From positions 43,323 to 107,322 of the IMG/VR virus record IMGVR_UViG_3300003872_000001: 64,000 bases of DNA. One strand, 5' to 3'. The notes below the pieces were generated by a model. The model saw nothing but the letters and a program-made list of their open reading frames with translations. It ran no database searches and was not told the DNA's origin. Below are positions 19,849-29,229 of the stretch, piece after piece. The DNA is from a virus. Position numbers and translations under genes: made by a program. The stretch's first letter is position 1; every line of letters starts with the position of its first letter.

Positions 19849-22800
19849 TTATGACGCAAAATTAGTATGTTTACTAATGTCTATTGTTGGTTTGGGAAAT
19901 TCTGTTCTCCTATGTTCTATTTGCTGTTTAGGTGTTGTATCAAATACACTACTTATAACATCACTAACTGCATTTGTATTATTTTTTTTATCACTTTCCA
20001 TCTTAGTTAATAACTCTAATATTTTTAATTGTATATTAACTGTATAACCAATATTATTATCCATATTAGCTAATAGTTTATTAGAGTCCTGGCTAACCAT
20101 ATGTAAATCATTTAATGGCTTATTTATGTCCTGAGGAACAGGTTGATAATGCTTAGTAGGTACGATTCTCTTTTTAGGTTGTGACGTAACCACACCAACG
20201 ATAGCTGCGTTATTACTATTTATCTTAGCAATTTTATCATTAGGTAGATCTCTATCAGTTGATAAAGCATTATCACTTTTTATAATATGATTAGTAGCTT
20301 TAGTTGTATTTTGTTTTTTAGCAAATTGACTATAAGCACTTTTATAATCACTAGGATTATTGAAAATATTACTACCTAATTTATACCCGACAGTTGAACC
20401 TATAGCATGATTAGACTTAACAGTATTTAGGATACTGTTATTAGTATTATTATTGGCAGGAATGAGCTTAGATCTACTAGTTTTATCACCCAATCCTGGT
20501 TTAATACTAATATGTTTAACCGTACTTGGTATATTGTTATTAGCAGGAGTAAGTTTATCAGTTGCTGTATGTTTAACTCCAATATGTGTTTTATTTTTAT
20601 CATTCTTTTTAGGATATTTTACTTTTATAGTTGGCTTAATAGGCTGACCCTCGGCATTGACTGGTGCCGAATCTTTAGAGAATAAGTCAAAGCCCAATAT
20701 CTGTTTAGATACAGCTGATTTTAAAGATAGTTTATCGACTACCATATATTTAATAATCCAACCAGCATCCCATAATAGTAATGACCATCCTACAAAAGGA
20801 ACTAACCTTGCTGCTATTTTTGCACTCAATTCACCTACTAGTTCTGCACCAGCTTTTTCTCCTAATTTTTCTAAAATTTTAGTTTTAAAACTGCGGAGTA
20901 TATCTATGATCTTAGATGCGACACCTGACTTGCTTATTTTTTCACCTACTTTAAGAGCTTCTTCCCCGACCTTACTAAATGTCTTACCTATCTTTTCAGC
21001 TCGCTCAGTTCCAAGTAAAGTTTTAGATGCATACTTACCAACAGCACTGATTCCTTTACCTGCTAATTTAACTGCACCAACGCCAGCTCCTATTACTGTG
21101 CTGCCTACACCTTTAACTGCTTTTACAACACCCCCTAATAATCCTGGCATAAATTTTTTTAGAAGGCCTCCTAATTTAAATGGAAGTTTAAGTATGTTTT
21201 TACCGATATTTTTTAGTAAACCAGGGATATGTTTTAAACCGCCCCATAAAAGTTTCTTTAAACCAGCTACAGCTATACCCATAGCAGCTAAAACTAAGCC
21301 AGGAATACCTTTACTAGTAAAACCTTTACCTAATTTGTGAAGGGATTCTTTAGCAGCTCCTTTAGTGTGTTTATTCCAACTCTTTAACTCATCTCTCCAG
21401 TTACCATCTCTTCTACCATCTTTATCTGTATCGAATATTTTAGCATCTTTTTGAGCTTGAGTTTCTTTTTTATGGAATGGGGATAGTTTAGATAACAGAC
21501 CAGCGGCGCCACCGAGTATCACTCCTCCAGCTCCTACTAAACCTTCTTTTAATGTACTTTCCTTACTACCTGAGTCTTTAGTCGTATCATTAGATGTTTT
21601 TTTAGTTTCAGACTTCTTGGATTTATTCCAATTTTTTAATCTTACTTTCCAATTACCATCTCTAGTGCCATCTTTATTTTGGTCGAAGAGTTCATTTTCT
21701 TCTTTTATCTTTTGTTCTTTTTTATATAACGGGTTCAGTGTATGGAATAATCCTGTAATTCCTTTTTTCAATAAGCTAGCAGCTTCTCTATCTAAATCAG
21801 TCCTATGTATGCCAGTAACTAGTGATTTTATTTTAGCAAATTTTCCAGTTTTTATGCTAGTCTTATTGTCTAATATATCATCTTTAATAAGTTTCTTAGG
21901 TATATGTAAGCCAAGGCCTTCAGCATATTCAGAAATGTTTTTAACAATACCTTTCTTATATGCTTCAGAGTTATAAAATTCTTCTTTAAGCTTTTTATAC
22001 TCGCGCAAATCTACATGTAAATATTTACTAGTTATATCTAATAACTTTTCTTTTGTTTTATTAGCTGCGTCTAATGGATTTAAATTATCTTTGACCTTAT
22101 CATATCCATCTTTTGCCATATCAAGATGAATATCTTTAGCTAAAATCGCATAAGCTTTAAGTGCTTTAGTATATTCCTTTATTTCAACATAATGCAAAAC
22201 TTCATTAATGGCTGATTTATGCTTAACACTTAATTGTTCATTATAATCTTTCATTTCATCCAGAATACTCATTATTCTTTTTTTAGTTGAAAATACCATA
22301 TCAGAATTTTTAATAACTGCTTGAGATAAATATATTTTATCTCTGACACTGAATGAATTTAAATCTATTTTAGATGCTGCTGCACTTATATTATTAAATT
22401 TTTTTGTAGTAAATGTTTTAGTTTTATTATACATACTATCTTCTGTAGTACGTTCTTTATCTATAAAGTGTTCAGCATTATTAATTAAAGTATCTATTAG
22501 TTCTGGTCGCTTAGGAACCTTATGTTTACCCATTAGCTTATTAAATAAGCCTGATACTTTATCTAATTTTTTGCTATTAATAACTGTCTCATCGCCATGA
22601 ACTAAACCTACTATATCATCTTTAGTTTCTGGATTACCAGTATAGCCACCTTGTTTGAATTTAGGTATATCACTTACATGTACAGCATCTTTATGTTCAG
22701 TTTCGTTAAACTCATAGCTACTAATATTAGGTAAGTTAGGCTTATGTCTCATTTTATTAAGAATGATCTTACCATTTTTTGCTATAGGATGTTGCTGTAA

Positions 22801-25245
22801 TCTTTTTCCTAATTTTCTAACTTTCTTAGCTTTAGTAGCTACTGTAGTTTTCTTAAGTTCATCTATAGTCTTTTCAGCTTTAGTAGCTACTGTAGTTTTC
22901 TTAAGTTCATCTATAGTCTTTTCAGCTTTGGCTATAGTGTCATCTTTAAGCTTATTTCTACCTTCTTCGGTTTTTAGCTTAGATACAGTTTTCTTAAGTT
23001 TATCTGCTGCTTCTTCAGCTTTGGCTATAGTATCATCTTTAAGCTTATTTCTGTCTTCTTCAGTTTTTAACTTAGATACAGTTTTCTTAAGTTTATCTGC
23101 TGCTGCTTTAGCTTTAGCCGCAGAATCTTTCTTAAACTTATCTTTCTTCTTCTTTAGACTCTCTTTAGCTTTTTCTGCAAAGCTTTTTTCTGCATTCTTT
23201 TCTGCGTCCTTTTTATTAACTTCTTCTTTATATTTATTAGCATCTTTTGCACTAACTTTACCCATTTCATCTAGCAACATTTCCTTATATTGCTCATTAT
23301 TAAAACTTAGCTCACCGGTTTCTTTATTGGTTTTAAGTAGCCTCATGGCAGCTAATTCTTTAGCATTACCAGAATCTATTAATTCTTGTGGTAAATCACC
23401 TAATGTAGGTAAACTTTCTTTTGCATGTTTTAAATTACTATTAGTTCTACTTAGTATATTAACATCTTCTTTTGCTTTTTTAAGCATTTTAACTACCGAA
23501 GCTAGAACTTTTTTCTTCATTTCTTTTGTAAAGTTATTTAGAAATTTCTTAGATGTTAAACTAGTAGGAGCTAATGACCCACCGCTTAATAAATATTTAG
23601 TTACTCCTCTTCTTAGCTGTTTAACTTCTATTTCGCTAGTAAGTTTTAAGCCACCGTATTTAGTTAAATCATCCATAAATGCATCTACATAATAGGTGGT
23701 GTCCTTAGATATTTTATTATGTATATCGGATCTAATATTTTTTTCTATTTGGGAGCTTGTAGTAAATTTATCTCTTCTATAATCATATATTAGTTCATTA
23801 GATTCTGGTTTACCATCTTTAGTACGGATAGACTTTACTTCACCATATATCTTAGATAACAATTGAGGTATAACTTTATTTATGCTAGACTTAGTTCTAT
23901 TATCAAATATTGTACTATCTGTGAGCTTTTCTTTATTAATAGTTAATGTATTCTCTTTATCGTCTCGTGATCCCGTAAAGTTACTAGCAATACTTGCTGC
24001 CCCGTGCATCAAACGACTTTTTAATGTTTCTTTTCTATTACCATCTTTATCAGTTGTATACTCTCTTTCTTTAGATTTAATTTTATCTATATTACCGCCG
24101 ATATCCATAAATGCATTTTTAGTTTTATAAATATTCTTTTTAATATTTTTATTTTCAGCTAAGCGATCACCTATAGTCGATCCTAAGAATTCTTTAATCT
24201 TGGATCCTAATAACATACCTAAGATACCGCCAGTTCCTCCGGCCATAGCAGCTGTTTCGCCAAAAGTTTCTTTTGATTCTGCAGTGTCATCTATAAGGCC
24301 CATCCCAGCTAAAGCCTGATTCTTTATATTGCTAATGCCATTAACTAGATTTCTCCTAGTATTACCAAATATATTATTTCCATTGTATAACGTTTCTGTT
24401 ATTCCGCCATAAGCTTTAGATTTTAAATCGTGCTTAAGTGCTTCATTTTTATGTATCTTCACCATATCAGGAAGACCAGTATTAGTGACTATAGCGTTGA
24501 ATTGATTTTTAAATCCATCCATAGCAGTAGCTAATAAATCTAATTGTTTTTGTGCTATGAATAGTGACTTATATTTTAGTTCCAAAGATCGTCTATAATA
24601 ATTAGCAGTTATTTCATTATTAAACGCACGAATACTTTCTAAATTTACTGCTGCTGTATTTGCTAATTCAGTAGATGTCTTAAATCTATTTAATTCTATT
24701 TTCTTAGAAATTAATTCTTCAACTTTTTCTCGTTGAGTCTTTTCACCTAAAGTATCACCAATAGCTTCTGCTATTTTAGCTGCTTGTAATTCACTTTCAG
24801 ATTTTTTACGATCTTCATTGGAATCATCATCTACACCCATCCACTTTCTGATTTTATTAGTTACAGCTGTAACTTTTTCATTTTTAGGTAATAGTCGTTC
24901 AAAACTATTAAGTGTAGTATTAGCTTTAGTTCTTATTTCAGTAGCTGCTTTTACTAATTCATCTTTAACATCTTTAGCTACATGTACTACTTCGTCTTGC
25001 TCACCTGATAATGATTTAGGTAAAGCATTTTTAGCAATAGTAGTAGCCGTTTCTAATTTATCATCCTTTATATCATCCACGAAACTTTTAGTGCCCGACT
25101 TAAGTGTGTTAAGTACAGCTTCTCTTTTATTTTTAGCGGGAGGAGGTGTAGCGAATGGATCAAAATTATCCATACTTAATAGATCGTCATCAAGCCCTAA
25201 ATCGTCGTTATCAAAATCTAATTTATTATCTAAATCTTTAGCCAT
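19849..25245 (-). CDS. Tail tape-measure-like protein, phiKZ gp181-like
   Basis: 1798 aa; acidic N-terminus, YYRRSLELKYK, NTGLPDMVK, VIPQLLSKI, DxDxDG motifs and a Gly/Ala/Lys-rich region; divergent from the gp180-like gene. Confidence 0.75.
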   Translation of the reverse strand: MAKDLDNKLDFDNDDLGLDDDLLSMDNFDPFATPPPAKNKREAVLNTLKSGTKSFVDDIKDDKLETATTIAKNALPKSLSGEQDEVVHVAKDVKDELVKAATEIRTKANTTLNSFERLLPKNEKVTAVTNKIRKWMGVDDDSNEDRKKSESELQAAKIAEAIGDTLGEKTQREKVEELISKKIELNRFKTSTELANTAAVNLESIRAFNNEITANYYRRSLELKYKSLFIAQKQLDLLATAMDGFKNQFNAIVTNTGLPDMVKIHKNEALKHDLKSKAYGGITETLYNGNNIFGNTRRNLVNGISNIKNQALAGMGLIDDTAESKETFGETAAMAGGTGGILGMLLGSKIKEFLGSTIGDRLAENKNIKKNIYKTKNAFMDIGGNIDKIKSKEREYTTDKDGNRKETLKSRLMHGAASIASNFTGSRDDKENTLTINKEKLTDSTIFDNRTKSSINKVIPQLLSKIYGEVKSIRTKDGKPESNELIYDYRRDKFTTSSQIEKNIRSDIHNKISKDTTYYVDAFMDDLTKYGGLKLTSEIEVKQLRRGVTKYLLSGGSLAPTSLTSKKFLNNFTKEMKKKVLASVVKMLKKAKEDVNILSRTNSNLKHAKESLPTLGDLPQELIDSGNAKELAAMRLLKTNKETGELSFNNEQYKEMLLDEMGKVSAKDANKYKEEVNKKDAEKNAEKSFAEKAKESLKKKKDKFKKDSAAKAKAAADKLKKTVSKLKTEEDRNKLKDDTIAKAEEAADKLKKTVSKLKTEEGRNKLKDDTIAKAEKTIDELKKTTVATKAEKTIDELKKTTVATKAKKVRKLGKRLQQHPIAKNGKIILNKMRHKPNLPNISSYEFNETEHKDAVHVSDIPKFKQGGYTGNPETKDDIVGLVHGDETVINSKKLDKVSGLFNKLMGKHKVPKRPELIDTLINNAEHFIDKERTTEDSMYNKTKTFTTKKFNNISAAASKIDLNSFSVRDKIYLSQAVIKNSDMVFSTKKRIMSILDEMKDYNEQLSVKHKSAINEVLHYVEIKEYTKALKAYAILAKDIHLDMAKDGYDKVKDNLNPLDAANKTKEKLLDITSKYLHVDLREYKKLKEEFYNSEAYKKGIVKNISEYAEGLGLHIPKKLIKDDILDNKTSIKTGKFAKIKSLVTGIHRTDLDREAASLLKKGITGLFHTLNPLYKKEQKIKEENELFDQNKDGTRDGNWKVRLKNWNKSKKSETKKTSNDTTKDSGSKESTLKEGLVGAGGVILGGAAGLLSKLSPFHKKETQAQKDAKIFDTDKDGRRDGNWRDELKSWNKHTKGAAKESLHKLGKGFTSKGIPGLVLAAMGIAVAGLKKLLWGGLKHIPGLLKNIGKNILKLPFKLGGLLKKFMPGLLGGVVKAVKGVGSTVIGAGVGAVKLAGKGISAVGKYASKTLLGTERAEKIGKTFSKVGEEALKVGEKISKSGVASKIIDILRSFKTKILEKLGEKAGAELVGELSAKIAARLVPFVGWSLLLWDAGWIIKYMVVDKLSLKSAVSKQILGFDLFSKDSAPVNAEGQPIKPTIKVKYPKKNDKNKTHIGVKHTATDKLTPANNNIPSTVKHISIKPGLGDKTSRSKLIPANNNTNNSILNTVKSNHAIGSTVGYKLGSNIFNNPSDYKSAYSQFAKKQNTTKATNHIIKSDNALSTDRDLPNDKIAKINSNNAAIVGVVTSQPKKRIVPTKHYQPVPQDINKPLNDLHMVSQDSNKLLANMDNNIGYTVNIQLKILELLTKMESDKKNNTNAVSDVISSVFDTTPKQQIEHRRTEFPKPTIDISKHTNFAS
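22826..23105 (-). repeat. Intragenic tandem repeats (2 x 93 bp and 2 x 48 bp)
   Basis: AADKLKKTVSKLKTEE(D/G)RNKLKDDTIAKAE twice and AEKTIDELKKTTVATK twice, near-identical at the DNA level. Confidence 0.85.
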
Positions 25246-25371
25246 AATATTTTCCTTGATTAATCTTACGACTACTATATAGTCTTCAGTTATAGTCGTT
25301 CATTCAAAAAAATGAATGAGCCACTAGTTTAATCACAGTATCCTATATAATAGTTAATTCAAGGAGATGTT

Positions 25372-26817
25372 ATGGACCCGTTTAATATAGAATTATTATT
25401 TTTAAATAAAAATAATTTAAAGCAATTAGGACAAGTAAAAAGTCTTGATATATTTGAGCCTAATACAGATATATTTAAAATAGATGGATTATTCTCACAG
25501 GAAATATTTGGACCTGTTGGATCAGAGATACGTACTATGAAATATGGTTATATAGATCTTAAACTTAAGATCATGCACCCACTGGCATTTAGATCACTTA
25601 TACAATTAAAAACATTATACAGCGACATTGCATCTGGTAAAAAATACGCAATATTTGATGAAGAACTTGGTGACTTTACTTTATCTAACCCTATAGATGG
25701 AAAAACAGGTTATGACTTTTTTTATAACCATATATTTAAACTTAAATTACTTGCTAATAATAGTGACAGTAGAAGTTTTAAAATAGAATTGATAAAGAAG
25801 TATTATAGTGTACCTAGTCAAGTACATACTTTAACTAAATGGTTAGTGTACCCAGCCGGATTAAGAGACTATAGTTTAGATAAAGATGGTAGAGGTAGTT
25901 ATGATGAAGTAAATGATATTTATAAGAAGCTATTATCTACTGCCAATATGCTTAATAATACAACTATAGACAGTAATAATTTAAGAATGTTCAATACTAT
26001 ACGATATAAGCTACAAGGTATAACTTTAGAAATTTATGAGTATTTTGAAAATTTACTTAAAGGTAAAAAGAAATTCCTACAAAATAAATGGACAAAAAGA
26101 GCTATCGTTTATGGTACGCGAAATGTTATTACAGCTACACCTATCGTTATAGATGATGTTAATAATAAAAATAAAATATCTTTTAATAATACTGTTATAG
26201 GGTTATACCAATATTTAGAAGCAGCTAACCCTATAGTTAAGCATCAAGTATTGAAAATGTTTTCTCATAAGATATTCAATCCTGATACTAATACAGCTCC
26301 GTTAGTAAACATTAAAACTATGCAAACAACATTAGTGGACATAAGTAGCAAAAGTAGAGACGATTGGCTATCGGAAGAGTACTTAGATAATACTATAGCT
26401 AAAATGGGACAAGAGTTCTATAGAAGTGAACCTATTTTAGTAGAAGATAATTATTTAATGTTAATATACGATGACGGGAAGTACGTAGAACTGATCTTTA
26501 ATACTGGTGAAATGGATAGTAGTTTAAATAAGAAATATCTTAGACCTATTACATATGCAGAATTATTTTATCTTGCTATATATGAGATTCGTAATAAATA
26601 TCCAGGCCTTATAACAAGATACCCAGTTACTGAAGAGGGATCTATATACCCAACTATCCCTTATGTAAAAACTACTAATATTAGTAGGACAGTTAAAATG
26701 AAGTACTATGGAGAAATGATTGACGTGTATGAGTATCCTATTCTAAGCGAAAATTATTTTAACTCACTAAGTGTACATAGTACACACTTAGGTCACCTTG
26801 GAGCTGACTTTGATGGT
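25372..26817 (+). CDS. Virion RNAP beta' subunit (phiKZ gp180-like), exon 1
   Basis: DGLFSQEIFG, ITRYPV, ending HLGADFDG immediately before a group I intron. Confidence 0.9.
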
Positions 26818-28804
26818 ACAGTCGTAGAATAGTTTCCGTAGATATTAAAAAGTAAGAGATTTACTGCACTTAGAAGCTTTTATATTACTAAAAAAGCTTA
26901 CTACCTTATTTATTGATAGTATAAAATAAATAAGGATTTAACATGAGTAATCTCAGATTCGATGTAGTCGGTAACAACGACTATTATATAACAGAACATT
27001 TAGAAATTGGTAAAAATAATGAAAAAGCTAGAAATCTTGTATTCGATAAAGATAAAGTTTTTATAACATTATTTGGTTATAGACACAAGGTAAAATTAGA
27101 ATGGCTTTATTGGTTAAGCTACTATAAACTAAATTTACCGAATAATTATGAAAGATATATTAGTGATATTAGATTTTATAGTTTAAGCAGAGATGGTAGA
27201 ACTCTTACCGATGACCATATAGTTTTATTTAAAAAGCCTGTTATAATAAAATATGGCTCTACTGTGTTTAGATTATTGGCAAGATTTCCTAATTACGCTA
27301 TATCTAAAGACGGAACTATTATGAACATGAAAACTAAGTTCTTTAAAAAGCCTAGTAGTAATGAAAAAAATAGATATTTAAGATCTAATATTATTGATCA
27401 AGCTGGACTTTATTCTAGTAACACTAGAGTCACACATAGATTAGTAGCACTAGCATGGGTTCCCAATCCTAATAACGATTTTATAGCTAGACCTATAGTA
27501 GATCACATAGATGGTAATAAAACTAACTGTCATGCCGATAACTTAAGATGGATATCGTTTTTAGGTAATAGTTTAGCAGCAGTAGATCAAGGTCTCAATA
27601 CTATAGCGATACCGGTACTTAGTAAAAATATAGATACGGGTGAGGTAGAAAAATGGGGATCTTTAACCAGGTTCACTGAAGCCAAAGGTAGGACGAGAAT
27701 AGATACTAATGCAGCTCCATTATATAAGTCTAAAGTATGGAAAACTCCTAATGGCGATTATTTACTTAAGTACTTAAGTGATTCCACACCTTGGGCTAAT
27801 AGTGAAGATATTAAAAACAATACCAATACTAAATTAACTATAATTATTAAAGATAAAACATTCACTATACATGGTCGTAACTCTTTGAAAGATTTTGCCA
27901 AGAAAGAATTTGATATAATTATACATGGTAAACAAAGTATAAATAAATCTATAAAACAATTCTTAGATAGATACATAGCTAAATATGATAATAATATAAA
28001 AATAATCATAGATAGACCTAAATACCAAAATGATTTAAATAAAATATTATATAAAGCTAAGAATTTAGTAACTGGTGAAGTGTTAATAAATAAAACTAGA
28101 AAAGAGTTATTAGAATATACCGGTATACCAAAATCATCTATAACTAAAAGCATAGCTAATACTGGATTATATTCTTACAATGATTGGGTGTTTACTACTA
28201 TGTATATAGACTTTCCTAAAGAGAAAGATGTTAAATTTGTTAAATATAATTATAAAATAAAAGTAACCAATACAAAAACCAATAAATCTGTTATATATGA
28301 TAGCTTAAGAAAAGCTTCTAGTGAATTAGACATACCTAGAAGAAAACTTAAAGCTATATTGAATAATACTAATAATATCTTTAGTGGACATATATTCACT
28401 ATGATATAAGTGCCCGTTGTAGAAGTAATTCTATAATGACAACCAAGCTAATTGCGGGAAGCCACTAAAGCTTATAACTACCACTTATAGATGGAAACAT
28501 ACTATAATACTCCAGCCGTAATAGAGGAACTAGGAGCATGGTAAAAACGTTATAAGATGTATATGGGTAATCAGCGCAGCGAAGCACCTTAAACAGCGAG
28601 AGCTATCCTGTATGGAGTGTGTGTGTTCAACGACTAACGGATTGATCACCGTGTAGGGCTCAAGTGAGTGGGTATAGAATCCCTTAAATCGAAATGCTGG
28701 GAACCTATCTATAAGGTTCTTGATATAGTCTCGTCATGCAGGGAAAGCCTGCAGCAGTTCATAAGAGAACGCGGTCAGTGTAACGAACTGATTGGAAGGT
28801 TTCG
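26818..28804 (+). ncRNA. Group I intron 1 (with HNH ORF) in the vRNAP beta' catalytic motif
   Basis: Exon ends in U (GGT) and intron ends in G. Core elements: P AATTGCGGGAA, Q AATCAGCGCAGC, R GTTCAACGACTA, S GATATAGTC. Removal restores GADFDG-DVVSFN. Confidence 0.9.
26943..28409 (+). CDS. Intron-encoded HNH homing endonuclease (NUMOD4-like/HNH_3 plus NUMOD1-like)
   Basis: FPNYAISKDG, THRLVALAWVPNP...VDHIDGNKTNCHADNLRW, C-terminal YDSLRKASSEL. Confidence 0.88.
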   Translation: MSNLRFDVVGNNDYYITEHLEIGKNNEKARNLVFDKDKVFITLFGYRHKVKLEWLYWLSYYKLNLPNNYERYISDIRFYSLSRDGRTLTDDHIVLFKKPVIIKYGSTVFRLLARFPNYAISKDGTIMNMKTKFFKKPSSNEKNRYLRSNIIDQAGLYSSNTRVTHRLVALAWVPNPNNDFIARPIVDHIDGNKTNCHADNLRWISFLGNSLAAVDQGLNTIAIPVLSKNIDTGEVEKWGSLTRFTEAKGRTRIDTNAAPLYKSKVWKTPNGDYLLKYLSDSTPWANSEDIKNNTNTKLTIIIKDKTFTIHGRNSLKDFAKKEFDIIIHGKQSINKSIKQFLDRYIAKYDNNIKIIIDRPKYQNDLNKILYKAKNLVTGEVLINKTRKELLEYTGIPKSSITKSIANTGLYSYNDWVFTTMYIDFPKEKDVKFVKYNYKIKVTNTKTNKSVIYDSLRKASSELDIPRRKLKAILNNTNNIFSGHIFTMI

Positions 28805-28963
28805 GACGTGGTTTCATTTAACCTTCTCTATACTGATGAAAGTATAGCTGAAATAAATAAACTACTTAAAAATAAAAAATTTTATCTAACAGGTAATAAT
28901 GACCTGATGTACCGAGTGAGTACAGATCCATTAGAGCTAGTATTAAAACATTTAACTTTTTAA
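28805..28963 (+). CDS. Virion RNAP beta' subunit, exon 2 (52 aa)
   Basis: Reads DVVSFNLLYTDESIAEIN...HLTF*, completes DFDGD, and gives a 534-aa spliced product. Not in the ORF track. Confidence 0.85.
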   Translation, partial: DVVSFNLLYTDESIAEINKLLKNKKFYLTGNNDLMYRVSTDPLELVLKHLTF

Positions 28964-28978
28964 AGGAATACTATAGTA

Positions 28979-29227
28979 ATGAAAGAAATGAAGATATATT
29001 TAGAAAAAGATTCAAAACATAGAACTAGACGAACTAAATATCGTGATGTAGCTGACCAAGGTACAGTTATAGGCGATATTGATGAGGGACAAGTATTTTT
29101 ATGTGGTACTAGAATAGCCGCTAATCAAATGGTTTGGCGTATACCATTCGCATGGAGATATGATATTTATGATATATATTATGAAGGTAATATACCAGTT
29201 ATCGAATTTACACAAATTAAGGAATAA
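28979..29227 (+). CDS. Small hypothetical protein
   Basis: 82 aa with AAGGA RBS, between the two RNAP genes. Confidence 0.55.
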   Translation: MKEMKIYLEKDSKHRTRRTKYRDVADQGTVIGDIDEGQVFLCGTRIAANQMVWRIPFAWRYDIYDIYYEGNIPVIEFTQIKE

Positions 29228-29229
29228 TA

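Noticed and set aside
20453-25282. Long plus-strand ORFs (for example 22763-23692, 20657-21340)
   Set aside because: Antisense shadows of the Lys/Ala-rich tape-measure gene, with Leu/Ser/Phe bias and no RBS. The same applies to most other short antisense ORFs in the track.
25372-26832. ORF-track 486-aa beta' ending DFDGTVVE as a complete protein or pseudogene
   Set aside because: The last codons are intron sequence; a group I core and an in-frame exon 2 restore DFDGD.
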